Of a stretch of 64,000 bases of DNA, positions 25,006-38,200 are shown in pieces. Below the pieces are notes generated by a model, which worked only from the letters and a program-made list of their open reading frames with translations, was not told where the DNA came from and ran no database searches. The DNA is taken from the NCBI GenBank assembly GCA_038087875.1, contig CM075993.1, positions 9,736,001-9,800,000 of the forward strand, in the 5' to 3' direction. This DNA is from Malacoraja senta. Lineage: Eukaryota. The stretch's first letter is position 1, and each line of letters opens with the position of its first letter. Made by a program: the position numbers and the translations under genes.

Positions 25006-25799
25006 TTTTCTACAGTGAATAATTAGGAGGGAATAATTACGCCATTTAGATCCAGCGAAGGAATTCTATCAGGATGGTGTGCGCCTTGGAGGGGATCCTG
25101 GTGATGAAAGTCCATGTTCCGACTGTGTTCTTATCTGCAACATACACCTGCCCAGCTGCTGGAGGAGTGCAACAGGTTCAGCGGTGGATTTGGTAGGTAG
25201 TACACACAACAACCACAATATTTAAGAGGAAGCAGCTCAATAAGGTCATGACTAATCCAATCCTGGCCTCGGCTGTCTGCCCATAATGCACTAACAAGAA
25301 TTGCACTCATAAATTAAGCTATGGCTAATTAATGTTTAAATAGTTGTAGATAGACACAAAAAGCTGGAGTAACTCAGGGGGACAGGCAGCATCTCTGAAG
25401 AGAAGGAGTGGGTGACGTTTTGAGTTGTATTCTTTGCCCCATGCAAGTAGGCTATATGGCTTCGTAAACCAATTTATCTACCAGTGCTGGTGTCTTCAGG
25501 GATCCTTGGATGTCTCAGCAAGGTTCCTTTGTTCCTCTTGGGTGGAAAATTGGAAAGATGCATAACATTCCATATGGAACGAGAGCCTGTGGCCAATAGA
25601 TATCCACCCAGTCGATCCCCTTAAGAATCTTTCAATAAAATCACAGTCCATTCTTCTCAACTCCAAGGATAGAAACCCAACATGCTTATCCTTTCTTCCT
25701 ATATCTGCCAAAAACAATGTGAATCAATCGAATGAACCTTAAATATGGAGATCAAAATGGACTTCCAGGTGCAATATCACTGGTGCTCTATAAACCTGG

Positions 25800-26560
25800 A
25801 ATGTTGTACAACAAAGGAACAGACCCATTGATCAGCAATGTTTGTGCCAAACATGACATCAAGTTAATCTCCTCTGCCTGCACTTGATCCATATTGCACA
25901 ACCACCATTCCCTTGATATCCATGTGCCTATCTAAAAGCCTGCCTGAACAAAAACTTGCCCAGCACATTGTCTAGAAAATTTCCCCATCTCATTTCTCAC
26001 CTTAATGTTATGCCCTCTCATCTTTGATATTTTACTGGAAAAATATTCTGACTGTCTCGCCTATCTATGCCTCTCATAATTTAGTATACTTATTTCAAGT
26101 CTACCTCTTTCGATCCAGAAGAAATAAATCAAGTTTGTCCAACCTCCCCTTAAAGCTCACGCCCTCAAATCCAGGCCACATTCTGGTACATTTATTTTGT
26201 ATCATCGCCACAGTCTCCATATTCTTCCTGTCATGGGGGCGACCAGAACTTCACACAGTACTCCAAATGCGGCCTAATCAAAGTTTCATGAAGTTGCAAT
26301 ATGAATTTTCATGACTCTTATACTCAATTCTACAACTGATGAAAGCTAGCATACTGTACATCTGCTTTACCATTCTATCTACTTGTGATCCTACTTTCAG
26401 GGAGTTATGAACTTGGATCCCAAGATCTCTTTGCACATCAATGCTGTAAGGGTTTTTGCTATTAACTGTATAATTTCCCATTGCATCCAACCTTCCAAAG
26501 TGCAACATCTCCCACTTGCTCATATTAAACTCTATCTGCCATTTCAACACTCATACTAAA
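25800..26560 (-). mobile_element. Degraded CR1 fragment
   Basis: ORF 26278-26550 reads WQIEFNMSKWEMLHFG...VQRDLGIQVHNSLKV. Confidence 0.75.
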
Positions 26561-27418
26561 CCGATCTAAATCCAAGGTAGAAACAAATGCTGGAGTAACT
26601 CAGCGGGACAGGCAGCATCTCTGGAGAGAATGAATGGGTGATGTTTTGGGTTGAGACCCCGCCTCAGACTGAATTCAGCTGTATCTTCTGACAGCCATCC
26701 GTTAAAGTTTTTTTTTTAAACTCCTTTTATACTCCATAAAAGCCAAAAAAATGTAATAACTTTGCTAATTCCTTGCTGTAACTTCATGCTAATTTTCTGT
26801 GTTTCATGTAATAGGATCTTCAGATTCATTTGTACAACAACATTATGTAGAATCAATCCACTATTTTTTCCATTCTTCCTTCTAAACTGGCTACATTATC
26901 TCACATTATACTCCATCGGCCAAATTCTTGCCCAGTCATTTAACCTCAGGCTTTTTGTGTTCTCACAACTTGCTCACTGACCTATTTTGTCTTGCCAGTG
27001 ATGGTGGGGGGAGTCAGTTTATGTTGATGGTTGGAATACCAATAAAGAAGGCTGCTTCATCCAAGGTGATGACGAGCTGTTCAATAATTGCTTGACCTGT
27101 ATTCATCCAGGTAAGTGGAGAGTGTTCCATCACACTCCTGACTTGCGTCACTCCACTCTCATACCTGTGAGAAATCAGGGAGCCCCCAAACAACAGATAA
27201 CTTTGAACCTACACTATATCATTCCCTCTCTGGATGTGACTTTGAGATGCATCAGTGTCATCTGGCATAAGTAATACTTGGGATTGTACAAAGATTGCCT
27301 TTGAGGCTCTACAAACGAAGAAAGCACTTGAATTTATTCAGCCTATTTTTCACTTCTGAATTGACAAACCCAATGAAGTACTTTTGAAGTATAATTACTA
27401 ATATAGGAAATTAATTGC

Positions 27419-27812
27419 ATATTTCGCTTGGACAGCTTACACCCCAGCGGTATGAATATTGACATCACTAACTTCAAGTAACCCTTACTTTCCATCTCTC
27501 TCCATCCTTCCCCCTTCCCAGTTCTCTGACAAGTCTGACTGTCCCCCTGATTATATTGTATCTCTGTTTGCTTTGTTGTTAACTTCTCCTAGTTACCAAT
27601 GGTCTATTCTACATTTTCCTTGAGCTTCATCTATTTTGATCTCTTACACTTCCTTATCTCTGTAACTCCCCTGATGCTCAGTCTGAAGAAGGGTCTCGAC
27701 CCAAAACGTCACCCATTCCTTCTATCCAGGGATGCTTCCTGTCCCGCTGAGTTACTCCAGCAATTTGTGTCTATCTTCGGTGTAAACCAGCATCTGCATT
27801 GCCTTCCTACAC
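27419..27812 (+). mobile_element. Penelope-like element 3' end: GIY-YIG C-terminus plus pLTR with hammerhead motif
   Basis: 27419-27481 translates IFRLDSLHPSGMNIDITNFK*, which resembles a Penelope endonuclease C-terminus. It is followed by a pyrimidine-rich UTR and gtctgaagaagggtctcgacccaaaacgtcac. Confidence 0.8.
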
Positions 27813-28269
27813 AAATGAATTGCCAGTTTACCCAGAGCAAGATTCCACATTCAGCAACACAATAATAACCAAATAACCTGCTTCATTGCTGTAAAAAACA
27901 ATTATTGACCAGCTCTTCATGGATCTTTCACACCTACCCCTGTGATTCTTGAAATATTATCATGGGTTATTTTACATCTGTTGTGATAATGTCACCTTAA
28001 CTGGAAAGATTGCTTTGCTCTCTCAGTGCTGCACTAGTGTCACCTGTGATTACGTGATCACATCTCAGAAGGGTATACCCCTGGAAGGTTCATTCTCAGA
28101 TTATTGAAGGAAGGATGATTTTTATGGAAAAATATTATTTTTTCTTAATTTCTCTTTATATTAATTGTAACTATATCGATGATGGTAAAAAGGTTATTTG
28201 ATTGGATAGGGTAGATAGGTTATTTGGACATCCAGATTATTTGGATTTGGGTGTATTTGGACATCCAGA

Positions 28270-28420
28270 CAAACCAAAATGTATAAAAATGGCCTTTATT
28301 AAAACCTGGTAATGTGCACTTTAACCACATTTTTTTCTATTACAAATCTCAAATTGTGGAGTACAGAGGCAAATAAATAAATGATGGGTCTTTGTCCCAA
28401 ACATTATGGAGGGCACTGTA
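28270..28420. mobile_element. Tc1/mariner terminal fragment
   Basis: Ends in aaacattatggagggcactg-TA (CAGTG-type TIR plus TA). Confidence 0.55.
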
Positions 28421-31400
28421 GGTTCTGGAAACTTCTGCAAGTTGATGGCTATTTTTTCCAAATCAACCTTGCAGGAGCAATAAATTATTTTTGTTTATTG
28501 ATATATCATATGAATATTAGAACAGAAACAATTCTCAAGGAAAACAGAACTGGGTAAGTTATTTAGATAACAGCCTTGAATGATTTTCAGTGATACTAGG
28601 TGCCGTAAAGCCAAAGGGAAACAAAATAGTGGGTGGCAAGATATGAATGAAATATAATACTTCCTCTGTCTAGAGGTATCGTGGGAGGAATATCTGAATG
28701 ATTTTATTTTATTCTTTATGAAAGATAATCATTGAAGATGTATCCATTCAGCAGAAACCTGCATATTCATTTTCAACTGTGTTAATGTGTAACTCTATTT
28801 AAAATCCTTAAATGTAATTTCTTCTCTTGGCTTCTCCATAATGTGACCAAAGCATTACCTGAGTTAGCAAAATCAAGAGCTGTATAATATGCTGCAGGAT
28901 TCTTTGGTGAGGGTAGAAGTATAGGAAATAATGCTTGCGTGAGCTATCTTAGATCATAATTGACATTTTATTGGCATTGCCTACATGAAGAGCAGTTTAT
29001 ATCAGGTAAGATATAAAAAGATTTGGAGAACTTGCTGAGCAAGTTCAAACTGTTTCTTCAACCAAAATGTCACCCATTCCTTCTAACCAGAGATGTTGCC
29101 TGTCCCACTGAGTTACTCCAGCATTTTGTATCTATCTTCGGTGTAAACCAGCATCTCCAGTTCCTTCCTACACAAAACACCTATCTTGTACTGGCATTGG
29201 AGATTAGTCACGTGTCTGACCCACAGTCCGTCTGTCACTCACTATCTCATGACCACAACACTTGACAATCCTAGTCAAACAATGGACTTAAGATCGGAGT
29301 CAAACAATGATAAGACGGAATACAGGAAGGAGTGATATTGGGGGGGGGGGGGGGATTCATCTTGTATGTGCAGAACACTAATTTAGAATTAATATATTGA
29401 TAATGTTTATTAATAATGTTTATTGCTACAGGATTATATTCATTATTTAACATGTTCATAACAATAGCATCATTTTAAAGGGGCAAATAGAAAGCATTCA
29501 ATCTGAGGAAGAAAATAGGGAGCTCCTGGAAGAACTCAGCAAGTCAGGCTGTCTTGCTGCATTCTGGCTCCATTATTTTGAGCTGAATGTTAAATCAATG
29601 GCTCATGTCCAATCTTTCAGAGGTTCTTCAGAGCTTTGGAACTACAATTCATTTTGTGCTATTATTCAACAATTCAAGCAGCAAGTGTCTCGCACACATT
29701 TAGCGCTTCTCGGAAACTTGCATCTTTTCTAGTGTTTGTGACATTGCCAAACTTGGTGTATGCAACACAATGCTGAGATTTTTGCTTCAAGTTTTGTTGT
29801 AGTCTACAGCTGTTGTCGTGAAACTTCTGCGAACTGGCTCTCATACTGTTGAAATATATGACGGACTATTCGTCCCAACTGCCTGCCATTGAAGTTAGTG
29901 AATAGTTTTATTGTTCTGAAATTGTCAAGTTACTGCCTTTGACTCTGGCTCCTTATAATAAACTCTTCTATTTGCCCTGGATTTTAAACATCTTTTCCTC
30001 TGGGATATCTCACCCAGGTCTAATTCTCACTTTCTCACATTCAGCTTGTCCCATCAATTTGCAGGTCTGTTTCTTAATCGCATGGTTGCCTCTGTAGATT
30101 GTTCAATAGTTGACACGTTTTGGCCTAGTACTTTATTGCCTTCATACTGCAACACCTACTTCACTCAAACTACAGCAAAATAAACATGTACCTATCCATT
30201 AACCATTTGCTTCCTGTAGAGTCAGCAATATATATGTTCATGACTCTCAAGGAATGCCCTCAGTATGCACATTATTTCTGATATGATTCACCCTGGAGAT
30301 ATCACTTTCTTTAGTCAGCAACTCGCTGCTTTGCCACGGCCTTTAGGTACTATGTTGCATGATTTTCCTTTGGCTATCTTTATTAAGCAACACCCGAGGT
30401 ACTTCAGCCAGATCAGTTTATCTCCTCTGAGGAAGCTCTCATATTTACCTACTTTCCTTACAGCCCATGGTTAACATTCCTCAAGAGATGGACCATTGTC
30501 AAACTCCATCCCATGTACATCACTACCTTTGCCTAGTCAAGTCACATGCCCTTCTCAAGTTAAGCCTATTGTCATACAATAAAAAATCTTGCTTACAGCA
30601 GCATCAAAGATACACACTCAGACCATACACAAAAAGATAAATTTACATAAATAATACATTAATTATACATGACAATGAAAAGAAAAATACTGCAAAAAAA
30701 TATGAGTGCAAAACACAATGGGAAAACAAGAACATGATATGGCGAGGGGTGGCCAGTTGATAATGTTAGGGTTCAAGAAACATTCCTTGGTTTTGTTTTA
30801 TGTTGAGTGAGACACACTGACTCATCACCACTCATGTTTAGGCCGACAACAATGGTGTCACTGGTGTATTTATAGATTGTTTCGGAGCTGTGCTTACCCA
30901 CACAATGATGAGTGTAAAGAGAACAGAGCGAGGGATTTACAGCTTTGTGGTGCACCGGTGTTGTTGGTCAGTGAGGAGAGAAGTCTGTTTGCTGCACCAT
31001 CATAGTGGCTGACATTTTCTCTGCTTAAGTAGTTGCATGCTAGATGGTGATCTACAGTTTTCTATAGCTGTTTCATTCAATATGCAGGCATAGCTCTGGT
31101 CTGCTGGTATCTATTCAAAGGCTTCTTGGCACCTCACCTGTGGGATCTGCTTGGATGGAGTTGAGGCATTCTAATATATGAGTGGCTCCTGTATCTCTTA
31201 GCTGCTCAATGCTATGATTCTTTAAAAACATGTGTGTGAAAAGTGAAAGACTTGATCCAGTCTATTCCCATGATTGCTGATGCTTAAAGCCCACAACTAT
31301 GAAGAGTAACTGGACCAATTCTTTCTTCTTGTGATTCAATATTAATCTCCCTATAATGTGGCCATATATCTTTCTCAGGCTCGTATACGCATCCTAATCT

Positions 31401-32379
31401 ACCACGGACCTAATTGCCATACTGGTGATTGTTCTACATGCTACCATGAGACCTTGTCTCTAGTTCATGGCATTAGTAGACTCTCTGATATATTTTATGA
31501 CTCCAGTTTTCACACCAGCAACAATAACACCAGTCCCCCTGTCTTTTCTCCTGATTTCTTTGTTCTGAGTGCTCCACTGGATCTTGACAACATCATTTAC
31601 CCTCAGTAGCATTTCACTCTTTCAACCTACAGGGCTCATGGTCTTGTACCTCTTGAGCATCCAATATATCTGACACAAGCACTGCCTGCCATGTCACCGC
31701 TCTACCTGGAGAATCCTGTTGCCCATTGTCCAATCTGGATTACTGTCCCGCTGCTCGTTCAAGTAGCAGCAATACTCCATTTATCACTGAAAGTGTAGTG
31801 TCCTTCAGTTGCTGTATGCAGAAGTATGGCAGAACATTGTTTTTTTGAAAGCAGCATCTCTGAATTAAAAAGTCTGTACAGCACCGTATCGTGATATAAA
31901 TGTTATTGGCCCTCTTATTTTATTATGCCTTCGATGCTGTCAATGATAAGTTCTGTACCTCAAAGTTAATCACATTTTCAAATGTAAAGAAGTAATAGAG
32001 CTGTGCCTGTCACTGCCTTCTCAAGATAAGTCGAGTGAATACCAGGGAAAGGGGCTGATGTAACTCCATGTTAGGGTGTGACCTTTGTGATATCTCAAAA
32101 TGATTAAAGACATATGAAGTAGAAAACATACTGTACTGTGTGATTACTTATTAATCTGCTCCCAGTGCATATGTTTGGATCTTAAACAGCCTGTACCCTA
32201 GTTGTGTCTACAACTTATCATTCAAGGCAACTGTTATGTCCATTGCATGAACACATCCTCATAATTATCTTTGTCGATATTAATGCATTATCCTTATTAC
32301 CCTCGTTATAAGTCCACTTTCTTTCTTGATCTTCTGTCCAACCCACCTTCATATTTCATGTCATGTCATGTAAATCCAC

Positions 32380-33544
32380 CGGGTGGCGCCGTCAGCGATG
32401 GCAGCCTCGCCAACGGTCTGTCTGTCTTTTCATCTTTTTTGTTATTTTTAGTGCTATAGACCTGCACGGGAAGGTAGACGCTCCCGCCCCCATGAGTCTC
32501 GGGCAGATGGGGCTCATCAGCCTGGGAAGGCAGTCCATCTAGGAGAGGGAAAACTCTGATTTAAAACATCCACTGCTTTGTGGCCATATCCAGTCATGGA
32601 AAAGGCTCCTGGAGTAAACCTCAAGAAAATCTGGAGTTGGAGCCCCTAAGGCAGTTCGTCGTTGTCTACAACCTCGCTTTGGCAGCTCCTGCGACGGCGC
32701 TGGTGCCAAACTGTAACGGCCCTGCTGTTCCTTTGGATCGATCAGCGACGTGGAGAGGGGGGATGTGCTGCATGGGCAACAGCCTGTCCTCCATATGACA
32801 TCGCCCAGGCTTGCATCTGACCACACATCACCTGCAAACTAGGATGCATCACCCATGGTCAGCCATGACCGAAGGGGGCCTACTAAGTGTGTTTTTAAAG
32901 TTTGTGTTAATGTTCTCTGGTTTGTTTTATGTGGGGGGTGGGGGAGTGGGTCGAGGGAAACCTTTTTTCAATCTGTTACCTTGCCGGAGATGCGATTGAT
33001 TTCAGGATCGTATCTCCGGTCGCTCTATGGCCCAACATCATGGAACTGGCGGCCTTGCTCGAGACTGACTTTGAGCCCCACCGCGGGGCCGTGGACTTAC
33101 CATTGGAGCCGGCCATCCCTTACCTGGGATCGACGCTCCAACCGCGCCTACGGATTTCACCATCGAGGAGCTCGCAGTCTCAGGTAGAGGCTGATGTCGG
33201 GAAGCCCCAAGGTCGCAGAAGGTTCGGCCAGCCCCGACCCGGGGTCCGATCGGGAGGTTGATCGCCTGACGCGGATGTCCCAACCGCCGGCTGTGGGAGC
33301 CAAGATCGTCCCGACAACGGAAGGTTCGAGTGCTCCCGACTGCGGGAAAACAAAGAAGGGAAGAGACTGTACTTTTTTTTTTCGCCTTCCATCACAGTGA
33401 GAAATGCGGAGGAGTCCCTGTGGTGGATGTTTATGTTAAAATGTATTTTGTGTATTTTGTTGCTTTTTATTGGTATGACTGTATAGCAAGTCAAATTCCT
33501 CATATGTTGCAAAACATACTTGGCTAATAAAGTATGATTATGAT
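32380..33544 (+). mobile_element. Non-autonomous GC-rich retroelement with Rex1-like tail, carrying an RTE-derived SINE-like insertion at about 32457-32886
   Basis: Termini are homologous to 14121-14946, and the tail is AATAAA-gtatgattatgat. The insert contains ggcagtccatctaggagagggaaaactctga, which resembles an RTE 5' UTR. Confidence 0.6.
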
Positions 33545-35253
33545 CAAGAAGGAACTGCAGATGATGGAAAATCGAAGGTAGACAAAAGTGCTGGAGAAAC
33601 TCAGCGGGTGCGGCAGCATCTATGGGGCGAAGGAAATAGGCAACGTTTGTCTATTTCCTTCGCTCCATAGATGCTCCGCACCCGCTGAGTTTCTCCAGCA
33701 CTTTTGTCTAAGTATGATTATGATTAAGATATTCCATAACAACATCAATCATTAATCTCTAATGGGATCTGCACTTTAATAAAGGATCAGGCTGACAATT
33801 CTGAAGAAGGGTATCGACCCAAAACGTCGCCCATTCCTTCTCTCCAGAGATGCTGCCTCACCCGCTGAGTTACTCCAGCATTTTGTGTCTACCAGACTGA
33901 CAATTCTCCAAACTTCTTTCGTGTGGCGTGCACAGCCTAAAGTTGTAGGACAACTTGTTCTATTTGATCTTCTGTTTGTGCACGTCGAATTGATTGCATT
34001 AGTCGAAACAGGGCGGACCACGTGAAGGTTGCAATCTTCCACCCCATTATCCAAACTATTGCAAAAAGAGAGAACAGACAAATATGTTTATTGCATATTG
34101 ACCTCAAACCCATTACAAGAGAACTCATTAGTCTAAGATAGACACATAATGCGGGAGTAACTTAGCAGGACAAGCAGCATCTCTAGAGAGAAGGAATGGG
34201 TGACATTTCGGGTCAAGACTCTTCTTCCTTCTCTCCAGAGATGCTGCCTGTCCCGCTGAGTTACTTCAGCATTTTGTGTCTCACTTTGGTTTAAACCGGC
34301 ATCAGCAGTTCCTTCCTAAACCATTAGTCTAATTCCTCAATACAAGATAATAACCAGAAAGTGTCATTCAACTGGATCTATTCATGTTTCCCTGAAATGA
34401 CTTACCTTTTTAAACAACTAGCAACTCTTCAAAATCTGAGGACAATCTTAGTCTCACTAGCGCTACAGATCTTCATATGCACAAGCAGATCCTTGACCTA
34501 TTCCTTCTCATTGATACACCTCACAAACTCGGGGCTGAGATAACTATAAGAAACATAACCCATTCCTTCTCTCCAGAGATGCTGCCAGTCCCGCTGAGTT
34601 ACTCCAGCATTTTGTGTCTATCTATGATTATACCAATTTTGGGGGCTCATGGCCTCTTTGCATGAATAATCTCTGTTCCCTTTTTTTTTACTCATATCTC
34701 CATTCAAACTAGTTCTACGTGTTGATCCTGCCATTTTCCAAACATCATCATTTATCATCAGAATTACTTCACCCTTTATTCCTTGTTGCCATGTAATCTG
34801 GATTATTAGTTCCTGGGCCTGGTCACCTTGCATGCCTTGTGTGTAGTTTGGTTTGTCATATACACCAAGGTGCAATGTTTTGTTCACATGAAGTTCACAG
34901 GGTAAACAATATATGTACAGTAATGATAAAAATAATACAACTGTAAGTGCAAAACAGCATAATGGTGCAAGATCATAATGCAGAATCCAATTAGTGCAAA
35001 ATAATATTAAAGTGCAATAAGGATTAACTAAATGAGATAGAGTTAAGAGTAAGAGCACTTGGCAGCTCTTCCAGGATTCGGATGTGAAAGAGGTGATTGG
35101 TTCCGGAGTTTGTTAGCAGCGGGGAAGAATCTATTCTTAAATCTGGAAGTCCAGGCATTCAAGCTCCCGTGTCTGCTCCTACAAGGTAGAAAGGAGATAA
35201 GGGAATGGCCAGGATGGAAGCATCCAAGGCAATACTTCCAACCTTCCGAATAC

Positions 35254-38200
35254 AAATAGTAAGATTAAACGAGAACTTACCTAAGTTTGAAGTTTGATCT
35301 TTATTTTATGAGGAGTTACGTAGGTGATTACATGAAGAACCCCGCCAGTGCGCCTGCGCGTCAATCTTCAAAGCAGCGGTGTGAAATCACAAAAAACAAC
35401 AACCGAAGTAATATAGTCTCATAATAAAACGAGTAATACAAGAACTTCCATCTGACCTTTATGATAGAGGGTAGGGTCGTGGCGGGCACGTAATCACCTA
35501 CGTAACTCCTCATAAAATAAAGATCAAACTTCAAACTTAGGTAAGTTCTCGTTTAATCTTACTATTTTACTTCGGAGTCACGTGAGTGACTACATGAAGA
35601 TTTTAAAGCTTTGTGATTTCATGCCGTAGATCAATCCAGGCTTCTCACTGCATTGATTGACTCGGAACGAGAAATAATCAATCATGCATTCATAATAACA
35701 TTTGTACCACAAATGCAGTAATTCATTTCAATAATGAAATTAATCAGATCCCCTTTAAACCAGAGGAATTTACACAGAACTTAAAATAGTTTCTGCAAAC
35801 AATCCCGCATTAACAATAGGCCGATGGTAAAAATGTTGAAACATCAACTCATTGGACCACCCGGCGGCTGCGAGGATATGGTCGACGGGGATGTCTTTTG
35901 CCCTGGCCGCCGACGTTTCTGCTGCCCTAGTCGAGTGAGATGTAAAAACATAAGTGTTAATACCAGCAGCTGTTAAGACTTCTTTTATCCATCTGGAAAT
36001 AGTCTGTATTGAAACTCTCTTGTGTGGTTTCTTGTGTGTGATCAACAACCCAGTTTCCGTATTTTTCAAATTCTTTGTGACCTTAATGTATTGTAACAAA
36101 TATGTCTTAATACAGAGACAAGGATCATTTGGATATGCTGCTAGCATAATTTTAAATCCTGTCACACCTGGCCTAATTTGCTTTAGTAGGTCATAGATAT
36201 AGAATGTAACCTTATCTTCAGTTAGTTCCATACTGTCTATTTGTAATTTTCCAAGTGTTTGCACTCGTTGTGCTGTCACTCATGCCATAAGCATGAATAC
36301 TTTCGTACTGAGCTTGCCAAAGGTAAAGACACACTTGATGACCATTCACGAAGTAGTTTCAGTACCACACTTACATCCCAGATTGTCATGTACCTAGGTT
36401 TCAGTGGTTTGGAATTAAAGATTCCTTTCATTAGTCTGGAAACAATTGGGTGTAACCCAATTGGGTTTCTTTCTGAATCCAGAACCAAATATGAGGACAA
36501 TGCACTTCTGGCTGAATTAATTGCACTACAACTCAGACCTTCATCATAATAAAGTTTTCACAGAAATTCTAAACATTTGAAATATCTGCAGTACTTTATT
36601 GCACATTCTTTTGTACACAGAACTCTTCCCATTTCTTAATATAAGAAAGGTACTGTTTTTGAGTGCTCTTCCTCCAGGCTGCCGTAAGCATGTCCACAGT
36701 ACGCTCAGACAGTCCTCGTCCCAGAAAAGGCATTCTTAAAACCTGCAAATCAACAAATCCAAACGATCATATAATGGATGTTGTTCTTAAAACCTGCAAA
36801 TCAACGGATACCATGGCTGTGTAGGCCAATCTGGTACTACCAATACCCTTGAAGCAGCATCTTGCCTGATTTTAAGCAAACATTGGCTTATGAGGCAGAA
36901 AGGTGGAAATATATATGAAAACATACCACCCCAATGTAGTGAGAAAGCATCAATCGCCACTGCTCCTGGATCTGGTTTCCATGAGACATATCTCGATAGC
37001 TGATGATTCAAGTCGATGTCGGGCATTCCAAATCTGATTACTATATCATTGCATACCTCTTGATTCAACATCCATTCTTTATTATCATGGAACTTTCGTG
37101 ACCTGGTGTCTGCTATCGTGTTCATTCTACCTGGTAGATAGATAGCTGAAATCCAAATGTTCTTTTCAATACACCAAGACCAAAGTTGATTTAACCATTT
37201 TGTCACATGACACCGACTTAATTCCACCCATATCATTAATATAGGCAACTGCTGTTGTGTTTATTAATTTGAACTTGAACCTTCCTTTTAGTTGTGTTAG
37301 AACCGTAAGCTTGGAGTCCATAGAAACCTCCTAAAAGCTCCAAATAGGTAATTCCCCATGTCTGCAGTAACAATAACTCTTCCTGATTCCATCTGCCTCC
37401 GCAGCTAGATGTTAAGTCAGTTGCACCCCATCCTAGTGCACTGGCATCAGTTTGTAATATCATGGAAGGTTGTTCAATCAGCACTTTACCTGAACTGCTT
37501 GAGACATGTAGAATCCACCACTGCAGATTAGAAACAGTATTTGTTGTTACTTGCATGGTTCTATCAAAATGACCAGCATTTACTCTCAGTGCCTGTTCTT
37601 TGATTCTCTGCAGCTGTTGATAATGTAATGGTCCATACTGGACTGCTGGGGATCTACTAATTTTCCCAGTACTCGAGCCACCTGTCTGATTAGAGGTTTT
37701 TGCTCGTTTAACAGATTACTGCAATCTTTAATCAACTCCACCCTTTTTTCACTGGGCAAAGTAATTTGCATTTGGGCTGAATCAATTGTGAACCCCAAAT
37801 AATCAATCGAGGTACATGTTTTTAACCTTGATTTCTTTGGATGAATTTAGAAACCCCCAAACTTTCAAAAGTTTGATTTCATAACTGCAACCGATGCGTC
37901 TGTTGACTGTTTTGTCCTTCCTATAATCAGGACATCATCCAGGTATGCCATTAGTACATGCCCCTGGCTCTCAGCAACCCCAGAATTGATTTTAACAATT
38001 TTATGAATATTCTGGGAGCGAACGTTAACCCATTAGGCAGAGCTTTGAACTGCCCTAATTGGTTCATCCATGTAAATTTAAGATACTTCATATCTTGCAA
38101 GTGAACAGGCACTGAACAAAAGGATTCAGACTTGTCAAGTCTATAATAATCCTACATCCTCCATCCTTTTTTGATCGAGGGAATATATTTGACCCAAATT

